Assembly: GCF_963921235.1 (NCBI RefSeq)
Contig: NC_086097.1
Coordinates: 90,646,001-90,710,000 of the forward strand
DNA from: Mobula hypostoma
Lineage: Eukaryota
Length of the DNA stretch: 64,000 nucleotides
Direction: 5' to 3'
Positions 25,725-37,261 of this stretch are shown here, one piece after another (positions within the stretch are counted from its first letter, which is position 1; each line of letters starts with the position of its first letter). Under the pieces are notes generated by a model that did no database searches, had not been told where the DNA came from, and worked only from the letters and a program-made list of their open reading frames with translations. The translations under genes were made by a program, and so were the position numbers.

Positions 25725-28703
25725 AATACACATGGACTAAGATGTTAACTGTCCTGTGCTATCACCAGTGGGATCATCAGTTGATCTGCCACCTGTCTTC
25801 AGGAGTTTCGGCCCGCTTATGATCAAGACTCCTTCGAGGTGGTGGGCCAGCAGTGCTAAAGCACCACCTCCCACTGGTGAGCTTAAAAACTTGGCATCTG
25901 CCTCTATCAGAGTCGTTGGTCACTTCCATCCAACAGATAGTCTGCTCTTCAGGTGTCTATGCAACTACTGAAGGGTTTGCAAGATATGTATACACTGTCT
26001 GACTATCTGCCCCTCTGGACATACTTGGTCCACACCCATGCTGATCCTTTCTCTGCTGCCTCAGCTACAGCCCTGCTGGTTGACTTGATCTCTCTTCTAG
26101 TGAAGCCAAGGTCACGCAGCTACTTCTGGAGAGTGAATGCAATAAACCCACGGCAGCCTACTTCGAATGGATAGCATGAGACCTTCCACCCTCTGTCTCT
26201 GCACTCTGATCTTAATTCTGCATACTTGGTTAGCTTGCGCTCATGGGCTTCATTGATGTTGCCTTCCCAGGGGACTGTGAGTTCACCAATAACCACTTCT
26301 CTACTGGTGTCAGACCATACAATTATATCTGGACGCAATGTTGTGAAAGCTATTTGCTCCGGGAAACTGCCTTTCCTGTCCAGGACAGCCTTGACACACC
26401 AATCATTGGCTGAAGAAAGTATGCTTGATCGTGAGCCTGTGCTGTACACCCTTGACTTGGAGCCTTCTTTCACAAATGATATGCGATGTTCTGTGCAGCA
26501 TGGGGCATGAGATAAGTTGAGCTGCAGTACTCTCTGCTCAACTGCTTCTGTCACAACTTTGAGAACGTTATTATGTCTCCAAGTGTACATGCCGCTGGAA
26601 AGATTGACTCTGCATGCACTCAAGATATGTTGAAGTGTTCCCTTCTCACCACAAGCAGCACACCTGTCTGTCTTATCTTCATACCAGGTGCTGAGGTTGG
26701 CAGGTGTTGGGAGCAGATCGTACATTGCTCTGCATAGAAAAGAAATGTGGAGCGGTTCCATCTGCCACAGAACATTCCAAGATAGATGTCGTTGTTCAAC
26801 ACTTTCCCACTGGGTCCAAGCCCCTTGTTTGGCCAGGCCAGCTGTTTTAGTTAACCTCTTCTCCTCTTCTACTTCTCATATTTCCTGTGTTAAAAGCTCA
26901 CGGTGCACCTTACCTGTAGAAGATGACCTCCACTTGTGGGTTGTCCATCCAAGTCCCTGGCAGCCTAGCTGGATAGCCCCAACCATCTTCTTGTGCTTCA
27001 ATCTAGACTCTGCCTCATCAACTGCTACACGGGCTGATCACTTCCTGCCTGATCTCACATCCGGCTGGATGTTCTTGATGACAGGGTCTTTTGAGTCTCG
27101 AAGCATCAAGAATGATCTTACCTTGGCTACCTTGACCTCCTCAACAAAGGATTGCACTGGGATGGTAAGCTTTGTCTGGCTACTGTGGATTGCAACGTTG
27201 GTGAGGCTGCTCGGTACTCCAAGCCACTTCTTCACATACTTGTTGATCTTCCGTTCCGTTGCTCAACATGGGACATTGCCACTTCATAGACAGTTAGTGG
27301 CCACATTATCCGTGGCATCAGTCTGTACTGCAAGCACCACAACTTCAACTTGCCAGGCAAGCCACACTTGTCAACAGACATCAAACCTCTGCTGATCTGT
27401 TCTCCTGTCTCTTGAACCCTCTTGGTGTTTCTCAGCTCCTCTGTGTACCATCGCCCGAGGTTCTTAACTGGTTGGCCCTGAATGGATGGAATCTCCTCTC
27501 CACAGAGGGGGAAATGAAAGTCAACCAGCTTTCCTCTCCTAAGAACAAGGCTCCTTGACTTCTTGGTGTTGAACTTCATTCTTCCCCAATCCATTAGCTC
27601 CTCGAGTCTAGATAGTACACTTTCCACTGCCTCCGTGCTGGGACCCAAAAGGGTAGGATCATCCATGAACGCTCGTATTGGTGGTAACTCCTCTCCGCCA
27701 TCAAGTGATATACCTGGTCCTACTGATTCTGCAGCCCTCACAATGACCTCCATGGCTAACACAAAAAGGATGGGTGAAATTGCACATCCCATTGGGATTC
27801 CAACATCCAAGCTCTGCCACCTAGTTGTAAACTGCTGAGTGGAAAACCTCATCCGGAAATCATTGTAGTACTGCATACAAAGTTCCTCACCTTAGCAGGA
27901 ATCCATAGGAATTCCATCGCAAACTCAATCAGGACATGGAGAACAGAACCGTACGCATTTGTCAGATCAAGCCAAACTACAGCCAGATTTCTTCTCAACC
28001 TTTTTGACTCCTGGATGGTATGCCATATCATACTAGAATGTTCAAGGCATCCTGTGAAGCCTGGTACTCCTGCCTTCTGCACAGATGTATTTACTAATCC
28101 ATTCTCTATCACAAATGAAGATATTCTTTCTGCCAGAATGCCAAACATAATCTTCCCCTCTGCATTCAGGAGTGAAATTGGTTGGAACTGATTCATTGTA
28201 GAAGAATTCTCTTCCTTCGGGATGTATACTCCTTCAGCCTCACTCCATGACAAAGGAACAACACCTTGTCTCCACACCACCTTTAACAATCTGCACAAGT
28301 ATTTCCTCAGCTGTTCACACTTCTTGAACACCATTAGGTCCTGGCACTGAGCCTGACCTTGCCTTTCTGATGAACCATTCGACTTCTGCCAGTTTGGGTT
28401 CTGACAGATCGAACTTCACTCCTGGCTTGGTAGGCTTCACAAGCCCTGAAATGTCAAGCAAAGGAGCCTCCTGCTGTTCGTTAGAGTAAGTGCTTGCTAG
28501 GTGATCCTCAAGTTCTTGTTGAGAGATGTTAAGCTGCCCACTCTTACTTTGTTCAAACAGTTTCTTTGTGAACTCGTGAGGGTTCTCAAAGAAGAACTTT
28601 CTCGCCTTCTCTCTCTTCTTTCTCTTTTTATGTTGTGACTCTGCATGATGGAGTGATGCTAACTTTATTCGAAAATGCTCTCAGAGATCAGCAAGCCCTG
28701 GCT
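25725..28703 (-). mobile_element. Hero-like non-LTR retrotransposon with RT and C-terminal restriction-like endonuclease (5'-truncated, frameshifted)
   Basis: RT motifs WLDLTNAYGS, GIPMGCAISP and AFMDD (27232-28334). CCHC knuckle CAACGEKGTLQHILSAC. RLE motifs RHNNVL, LRPDIIVW, IGELTVPWE, RKLTKY and FEVGCRG (26120-26761). Reading continues past a premature stop to EAAEKGSAWVW..RGR* at ~26003. Confidence 0.9.
25762..25880 (-). ncRNA. Structured RNA in the Hero 3' UTR containing hammerhead core motifs in rearranged order
   Basis: Minus strand TCACCAGTGGGA-GGTGGTG-17nt-CACCACC-TCGAAGGAG-TC-TTGATC-ATAAGCGGGCC-GAAA-CTCCT-GAAGACAGGTGGCA-GATCAA-CTGATGA-TCCCACTGGTGA, with four perfect helices (12, 9, 6 and 5 bp). 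Confidence 0.6.
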
Positions 28704-29010
28704 TGTCACGCACTGATTGGGAGACCTCTTTAAATAATCAGAGAATGCCGGAAACATGTGCCATCCACAATTATTTTGATAAGATTAAACTGAAAATGCA
28801 AGGGCTTAATGACTCTAGTTAAGATATTGATTAGTAAATACAGGTGCTCAAAAACCCTAGAAGCTCAATGCTCTACGGGAAGCCACAGGGCTCATGACAG
28901 TACCTTCCATCCCCTAAGGCCAGCTCCTGATGGTCCAGGGAGCTCTCAAGCCAACTCCTGATGGTCCAGGGAGCTCTCAAGCCAGGTCTGAAAAACACAA
29001 GGCAGACCTG
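28704..29010 (-). mobile_element. Gypsy LTR relic with adjoining polypurine tract and a 31-bp tandem duplication
   Basis: ..CATGACA|GTACCTTCCATCCCC is the reverse complement of PPT plus LTR start. Unit GCCARCTCCTGATGGTCCAGGGAGCTCTCAA occurs twice at 28919-28980. Confidence 0.5.
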
Positions 29011-29015
29011 GAGCT

Positions 29016-29805
29016 CACCTGACGTAATTTTCCCGCCAATGTGAGGTCACGTGATGACATGTTCACCATGGGTATAAAAGGGAAGACCTCAGGTGACGCG
29101 GTTAGTTTTTAGTTTTCCAGCTAGAACATTAGTATGTGTCTCCATTTCTGTTGAGTTTTTATTTTATGACGCAGTTTCGTTTTTAAAACGGAATGTTACA
29201 TTCTGTTGCAAGGTACAATAGTGCTGGACTGGAAAATTCTGCTAGATTTGTTGATGTACCTTTGTCCAGTAGTATTGGAGAGTGAAAACTTTATTGAAGT
29301 ACAGAATATGAAGGATTAAGAAAAGTCAGGAATGTTCGGCAGTTTAATAAAGGATCGACCTTATTGAGTCTTTGTTGACGAAGTAGCGACCTGCCAAAAG
29401 AGAAAGAAAGTTCATGCAAGGTGCTCTCTAGAAATTAAGGTCAGTTGTTTTAAGCTGTTTATTTCCTTCATCGTGAATCCTTTGGACAGAACCAACAGGA
29501 AAGTCGCGTCTATGAAGAAATCCTTTTCCAGAGAAGTCTCTCCCAATTGAACGTATAAATCTGTTAGACTTTCGAATTTACCATTTTAAGAACTGTGTTT
29601 GGACTTTACCGCTTTAAGAATTGTTTTCACATTTATCACTGTAAGAACCAGTATCGAGCAATGATTTGTTAAAAGGCCACATAGCGGTTGACTTCCGGTT
29701 AAGGATTTTGTTTGTTTTTTACTGTTTATCTGTGTTTAATAAATGTTTGGTTGTTTTTATATAACCTGACTCGATTGATATTCATTGTTGCCGGTTATGT
29801 AACGT
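29016..29805 (+). mobile_element. LTR-like element (5' end missing)
   Basis: E-box GTCACGTGA, TATAAAAG at ~29074, AATAAA at ~29738, ends ..GTTATGTAAC. Non-coding. Confidence 0.5.
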
Positions 29806-31317
29806 ACACCTGATGTCACTTTACTGACACACCACAATGCATTGTGTATTCGTGGAGAGCAGCAGATAACAGAGACAGAGCCTGCCATGCTTCCTTATCT
29901 AAAGGGCCGACTCTTCACCAGAAAGCTACAAGCCATTACTGTGAGATTCATAAATTTGCTTCGGAATGCGTATGTTGTGACAGCTGCCAGGATAATGGAT
30001 ACTGAAATTCGTGATTCACTGTGTAAGGTCGTGAGCCAGATGGGCAGTGATAGACTTGGAATCCTGTTCAGCTTTGCTACATCTCTGAACTATCATGGGT
30101 CACCAAGCATCACCATGTCACTAAGTCTTCAATCCTTGTGAGATCATGAGTCTGTCTACCTTGCTGCCAAGAGAATGAGATATTGCCAGCTGTGTTAAGA
30201 TAGTGAGCACTAACAATAGTAGTGGACAAACAGGGACCTTACCATAGTTCAGTATCCAGGCTGGATTGCACCTGGCCACAACTGCAGAGGCTGGAAATCT
30301 GAAACAGAAGCAGATCTTGTTGAAGTGTTCAAGAGATCAAGTGGCATCTGCAGAGAAGAACGGGGCTAAAGTTTCAGGTTGTTAACTTTTTTAGGGTTCT
30401 ACCTGATCTGCTGAGTACTTCTGATACATGAATAAGGTAACCGGCAGGTATTGGCTCTGTGGTCCTTGTACTGCTCCGAGATAGCTGGTCTGTTTAACCA
30501 GCCTGATATTTCACACACAGCAACTGGGTGATGTTCATGGAGGGATGTTGCTCTGTGAATGCTCTGGACAGATATACCTTGATTTAATAGCTCCCTTCCC
30601 CTCCTCCTTGTCCTGTTCCAGTTTCTCGCTCCTTGTTCTCCCAGGCATTCTTTAATCTGTGTATCATAGCAACTAGCTTGTGTAGATTCCTCATCTAAAT
30701 TCCAAATTTTCTGGTACTCCCTTCACAGGCCGATGTTTAAAACTCTGGACACCCTAAAAGCATTGAGCAGTTGTAATATTATGAAGTCAAAATCAGCTCT
30801 CAGCTAAGCAGTACTCAAATGATAGTCCTCTCAAATATTGCCCAAGGAGTGACGTACTTCATTAAATATGTAGTGGGTTCTGCAAAATTGAGGAGGAAGT
30901 ACTAAATTGTAAAATAGCTATATTGTTATCCAATATGTCTTCCATGCACAATTCCATTGAGCATTATCTCTCTGTCTCTACTGTGTTCAATTATACAGTG
31001 CTTGGTTCAACTAATGACCCAGAAGTACATGTATATGGGCATCATATCAAACTTGTAGAATAAGAAATAACACAGCAGAATTGGATCCTAAACACTGAAG
31101 ATTGTAAAATTACAATTATACGCAGACCTACATTTGAAGGAATTAGCAGTGTTTAGTCTTGTGATTTAGTTAGAAAGGTTTGAAGATTAGCTGCACACCA
31201 GATATATTGGAAAAGGTAAATATGCACTTTTGTGTCCAGGGCTGCACCATGGACAAGGTGATTGGATAAGAAGGCAATTGATGGGTTGCATCAATGGGTC
31301 AGGTGAGGTTGTAGCTT

Positions 31318-31457
31318 CGCAAACACAAGGAAATCTGCAGATGCTGGAATTTCAAGCAACACACATAAAAATTGCTGGTGAACGCAGCAGGCTAGGCAGC
31401 ATCCGTAGGAAGAGATACGGTCGACATTTCGGGCCGAGACCCTTCATGAGGACTAAC
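31318..31457 (-). mobile_element. ~140-bp Penelope-derived unit (hammerhead plus tail) with TSD
   Basis: Minus strand GTC-CTCATGA-A-GGGTCTCGGCCC-GAAA-TG-TC-GAC. TSD TGTAGCTT at 31310-31317 and 31458-31465. Confidence 0.75.
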
Positions 31458-33054
31458 TGTAGCTTTGTGGCATTGGATTGAATTGGGAAAATGGAGGGAA
31501 AATAACAAGCAATGGAAGTGACACAAGAAAGTAACACAGGATCATGATTGTTAATTGATCTATTCCTGATCTAATGTATTATCAATTGACCTGTTTCAAG
31601 GTGAAAGATGAATCACTCTGAAGTATGACTTTGAAATTAATGTTTCTCATTTATTTTAATTAAATGGAACGGACACCCATAGTAACCTCTTTATCAATCT
31701 TTCCCTTGGATTATCGTGCTGTCTTTCCCTAACACTGCCCGTGATTCTGGATTAGCCTTTCATTTTGCCAAAGATTTGCATTGATTGCAGGTTACTGAGA
31801 CTTTACTTATTGTGAATTAATCAACATTTCTCATTAGCATGCTTGGCACTAACTGAGTGGAGCGTTGTCTTGTGAGGAATGACATAGATGGATGCAGGTA
31901 TCCTGGGAATGTGAAGTTGAAGGCAGAAATTAATTTGTAAGTTCCATTTGTCAGGAAAGTGGGGAAGTTACTGTACAATTTGAGGTGAATTATAATTTCA
32001 CCAATCACTTTGCAAGTGTATTTTAGCTCAGCTGAAAGGGGAAGTGGAAGGCCTCATTGCAAATAGTTATGTCAATGGTCATTTGGAGATACACAAGTAC
32101 AGGTTAATGAAACAATAAATGGGAACGATTGAAAGCATGGCACAGTTTTTATAGGTTTCAGGAGTTTCAATCTTGTAATTCATATCATTTGAATGTTAAA
32201 GCAGGATCTGATGGCTCCTCTCAACCATATTAGTGCCTTATACGTCACTGTTTTAAAGCATCAGTCAGTTCCTGTCCTTCAGTGTATCTGACCCACCCTG
32301 ATTTACCACCTTAATTTCATGACTGTTTTCTAATAATAGTTTTATTTTAATATTTATCATTCCTGCTGAAAGCATCTGAAAATTTAACCACTCCAGTTCA
32401 GTGCAATATTGAAGGAGTTCAGAAGCATTTGATGCTTTGAGCGAGCTCCTTGTTTAAGTCTCCAGTGGTTGCTAGGCTCTTCATGGCATCTATTTTTCAG
32501 TGGTGTTCTCCCAGTCTTGGGCACCATCTCTCTGTTGAGCATGCAAGACAGATTATCTGATCATTTATCCGGCTGTTAAATGTGAGCGCAAAACCAATTC
32601 CCCAGTTTGCTTTGATCATAGCAATCATGGCACTTCCTAATGATTCATTAGTACTCTGCGGGGTACTCAGAACAGGATCCAAGGCACAAAGCTGGCTGCT
32701 GCCTGTGAAATTGAAGTAAACAGGGCTTTCAGTATCTGCATTGGCTGTAGGTGCTGGTGGGAGCAAAAGAATGTGAATAAAAAGCTTCCACACTCACTGA
32801 AACGCAGTGGACTTATTTCCACTCATGATTCAAGGATGTATCAAGGTTTCTGCCTTTATTTATCATATAGCTCCAGGAGTCCTTGGGGGAAATATGTCAT
32901 CGGCATCTTGCCATTGATGTGGTGATCTCATTGGTCTTGAGGTTCAGTTTTTGACACGTAATTATGCATGAAATCCTGCTCATGGTAGGCCAATCTTGGG
33001 GATCTCCAGTAAATACGAGTAGTAGATCTACCAACGAAGGTATGGATACCTTTG

Positions 33055-36042
33055 TTGGTCGCCTCACTATAGGAAGGATGTGGAAGCATTGGAAAGGGTA
33101 CAGGGGAGATATACCAGGATGCTGCCTGGTTTAGAGAGTATGCATTATGATCGGAGATTAAGGGAGCTAGGGCTTTACTCTTTGGAGAGAAGGAGGATGA
33201 GAGGAGACATGATAGAGGTGTACAAGATAATAAGAGGAATAGATAGAGTGGATAGCCAACGCCTCATCTCCAGGGCACCACCGCTCAATACAAGAGGACA
33301 TGGCTTTAAGGTAAGGGGTGGGAAGTTCAAGGGGGATATTAGAGGAAGGTTTTTTTACTCAGAGAGTGGTTGGTTTTACTCAGTCGAAGCAAGCAGCTGA
33401 GAAGGGAGTGAAGAACTCGGGTAGAAAAAAGTCGTTTTTTTTTAAACACTGCTCGGGGAGAAGGGTCTGCACTGCGCAGGCGCATGATGTAGCGTGCCAA
33501 GGTTTAAAAAGCAGACCGCCATATACAGCGGCCATCGTCGGAGTGGACTGAGTCAGAGTGGGACGGCTTTGGCTCAAACAGGCTTTGGCGAGAACAGGCA
33601 AAGTCCAGGGTAGGTTCTGGTAAGTTTTTTGTTCAGATTGTTTTAGAGTAGAGAGAATGCCAGGCAGGAAGTTAGAATGCTCCTCTTGCAGGATGTTGGA
33701 AGTCAGGGAGCCCTCCGGTGTCCCTGACAACGACTCCTGCAAGAAGTGCATCCAGCTGCAGCTCCTGACAAACCGCGTTAGGGAACTGGAGCAGGAGCTG
33801 GATGACCTGCGGATCATTCGGGAGAATGAGGAGATTATAGATAGTAGCTACAGGGAGGTAGTTACTCCAAAGGAGCTGAGGACAGGAAATTGGGTCACTG
33901 TCAGGCGAGGGAAGAGGAAAGGGCAGGCAGAGAAGGGTTCCCCTGTGGCCATTCCCCTCAACAACAAGTATACCGCATTGGATACTGTTGGGGGGGATGA
34001 CTTACCTGGGACAAGCTGCAGTAGCCGGATCTCTGGCACTGGGTCTGGCTCTGCAGTGCAGAAGGGAGGGGGGAAAGAGGAGAGCGGTAGTGATAGGGGA
34101 CTCGATAGTTAGAGATACAGATAGGAGGTTCTGTGGTCGTGACAGAGAATCCAGGACGGTTTGTTGCCTCCCGGGTGCCAGGGTCAAGGATGTCTCTGAT
34201 CGATTGCATGACATTCTGAAGTGGGAGGGTTACCAGCCAGATGTCGTGGTGCACATCGGTACCAATGACATAGCAAGGAAGAGTGAGGAGGTCCTGGAGA
34301 GTGAGTATAGAGAGCTTGGAAGGAAGTTGAAAAGCAGGACCTCGAGGGTGGTAATCTCAGGATTGCCACCTGTGCTAGGTGCCAGTGAGGTTAGGAATAG
34401 GATGCTCTGAAGGATGAACAAGTGGCTGAGGAACTGGTGTAGGGGTCAAGGTTTCAGATTTCAGGATAATTGGGACCTCTTCTGGGGCAGGTGGGACCTG
34501 TACAAGAGAGACGGGTTACACTTGAACTACAGGGGGACCAATATCCTTTCAGGGAGGTTTGTTACTGCTGTTGGGGGGGGCTTTAAACTAGATTTGCAGA
34601 GGGATGGGAACCACAGTACCAGAGCTGACAGTGTGGCTGGGGTGAAAATAAATGATGTTAAAAGTTCAAGCAAATCCGCTGATAGAAAGGTTGTGAGTGG
34701 TGGTAAAAATCTTCTGAGGTGTATATATTTCAATGCTAGGAGTATTGCGGGGAAGGCGGATGAGTTGAAGGCGTGGATTGACACGTGGAATTATGACGTT
34801 ATAGCAATTAGTGAAACTTGGCTACAGGAGGGGCAGGACTGGCAGCTAGTGGTGTGCCACAGGGATCAGTGCTGGGTCCATTGTTATTTGTCATCTATAT
34901 CAATGATCTGGATGATAATGTGGTAAATTGGATCAGCAAATTTGCTGATGATACAAAGATTGGAGGTGTGGTAGACAGTGAGGAAGGTTTTCAGAGCCTG
35001 CAGAGGGACTTGGTCCAGCTGGAAAAATGGGCTGAAAAATGGCAGATAGAGTTTAATACAGACAAGTGTGAGGTATTGCACATTGGAAGGACAAACCAAG
35101 GTAGAGCATACAGGGTTAATGGTAGGGCACTGAGGAGTGCAGTGGAACAGAGGGATCTGGGAATACAGATACAAAATTCCCTAAAAGTGGCAACACAGGT
35201 AGATAGGGTCGTAAAAAGAGCTTTTGGTACATTGGCCTTTATTAATCAAAGTATTGAGTATAGGAGCTGGAATGTTATGATGAGGTTGTATAAGGCATTG
35301 GTGAGGCCAAATCTGGAGTATTGTGTTCAGTTTTGGTCACCAAATTACAGGAAGGATATAAATAAGGTTGAAAGAGTGCAGAGAAGGTTTACAAGGATGT
35401 TGCCGGGACTTGAGAAACTGAGTTACAGAGAAAGGTTGAATAGGTTAGGACTTTATTCCCTGGAGCGTAGAAGAATGAGGGGAGATTTGATAGAGGTATA
35501 TATAATTATGATGGGTATAGACAGAGTGAATGCAAGCAGGCTTTTTCCACTGAGGCAAGGGGAGAAAAAAACCAGAGGACATGGGTTAAGGGTGAGGGGG
35601 GAAAAGTTTAAAGGGAACATTAGTGGGGGGCTTCTTCACACAGAGAGTGGTGGGAGTATGGAATGAGCTGCCAGACGAGGTGGTAAATGCAGGTTCTTTT
35701 TTAACATTTAAGAATAAATTGGACAGATAAATGGATGGGAGGTGTATGGAAGGATATGGTCCGTGTGTAGGTCAGTGGGACTAGGCAGAAAATGGTTCGG
35801 CACAGCCAAGAAGGGCCAAAAGGCCTGTTTCTGTGCTGTAATTTCTATGGTTCTATGGTTCTATGGTGCCTGAGTCAGTGGTGGAGACAGATACACTAGT
35901 GAAGTTTAAGAGACTACTAGACAGGTATATGGAGGAATTTGAGGTGGGGTCTTATATGAGAGGCAGGGTTTGAGGGTCGGAACAACTTTGTGGGCCGAAG
36001 GGCCTGTACTTTGCTGTACTCTTCTATGTTCTATGTTCTATG
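33055..36042 (+). mobile_element. CR1 3' fragment split in two (33055-33374 and 35866-36042) by another CR1
   Basis: The two halves join into a sequence colinear with the sister copy at 6841-7242, lacking ~14 nt at the junction. (TTCTATG)n tail. Confidence 0.85.
33379..35865 (+). mobile_element. CR1 LINE with 5' UTR, disrupted ORF1 (Zn-finger/leucine zipper plus SGNH esterase) and internally deleted ORF2
   Basis: ORF1 has CSSC..CKKC, VIGDS, HIGTND and DGLH. ORF2 has FNARSI..ISETWL fused directly to RT GVPQGSVLGP/FADD at ~34845. (TTCTATGG)n tail. Confidence 0.92.
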
Positions 36043-36369
36043 ATATGAAGATAAATACTGAAAATTAGTTCAAATATACCATCAATTACAAAGGTTGCTA
36101 ATAGTTTGAATGCAGTGATTATTGGGTAACATGTATGATGAGAAAACTTCAAATTGGTTCATTGAATGTGGGGGCAAGGAGCTTTGTCCATGGCAATGGA
36201 ATGGAACAGCAGGACACACTAACCCTGCAGATTCACAGTCTCGCTGAATGTCAATGTTTCTCCCCATCGTAGTCTGAAGGGCTGACCTCTTAACCTGAGA
36301 TTGAGGTCCTTAGTTCTACACCGCACCCTTGCTTTAACCATGCTCCTTAGAAATATTTCTAAGGGTTAA

Positions 36370-37066
36370 TATATGCCATGTGTGTTCTTGGTTATATTGG
36401 ACAGATAAAAATGAACGACCACCGTGGGTTGATTTGGAATTGAAAGCTGTGAAACAATTTTACTTAAGTTGGCTACTAGGAGCTTCTTTACCAGTACAAC
36501 TAGCCAAAATTTCTATTTTAAATATATATCCTATGATTAAACAGTCATTACGAATTTGGTATCAGTTCCGTAACTTTTTTAATCTTAAAAAATTTAACCT
36601 TCATAGTTTAATTTATCGAAACTATTCATTTAAACCTTCACTTGGTGATCCTACCTTTTCTCTTTGGAGGAATAAAGGAATTTATTCCTTTATGAATCTG
36701 TTTCAAGAAGGCCGATTGATGTCCTTTGAGAAATTAGCAACTAAATACTCTCTTTCTCACTCACACTTTTTGCAATATCTTCAGGTCAGACACTTTTTAC
36801 AAGAATATTTAAGTAATTTTCCATATATACAAGATTCTGACCCGTTAGATTTGTTTTTGTTTTAGTTATTAGGGGTTCTTTTTTCCAAAAAAAGTAGTTT
36901 TAAGATTTTGTTTTTCTTATTATTATTATTGATATACTGTTTAGCTTGGTTAATAGTTTGACTTTTATTCTACATATTGATATACTGACTTGATTATTTT
37001 AATGTACTTTTTTGTTGTGGATTTTCAATAATAACTAATAAAAGGATTTAAAAATGAAAATGAAAT
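36370..37066 (+). mobile_element. L1/Tx1-type LINE 3' fragment
   Basis: ORF 36380-36865 (W..KGI....LF...LMSFEKL..KYSL....FLQYLQVRHF) is typical of a fish L1 ORF2 C-terminus. T-rich UTR, AATAAA and A-rich tail. Confidence 0.75.
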
Positions 37067-37261
37067 ATTTCAAGGGGGGTTTCTTCTTATTCTTCTAAAC
37101 GCTTGAAAATATAACTCCACCTTGCTGTGCTTCATTCGATATTCACACTGCCTTATGGCAAACACCACCACTGGAGTCCATGTCAGTTTACAGAGCAATC
37201 CCATTCCGCACTGTCTCTCAAATGGCAGACTGCAATTCCACCTATCAAGAGAGAAAGGATG

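Noticed and set aside
28919..28984. 31-bp direct repeat, superficially CRISPR-like in length
   Set aside because: It is only two adjacent units with no spacer, in a eukaryotic LTR-relic context, so it is a simple tandem duplication.
16068..30725. Identical 14-mer TGAAGGGAGTACCA (minus strand; 16068-16081 and 30712-30725), suggesting in-frame UGA/selenocysteine exons
   Set aside because: There is no flanking homology, no recognisable selenoprotein motif and no SECIS identified. A single 14-mer match in 64 kb is compatible with chance.
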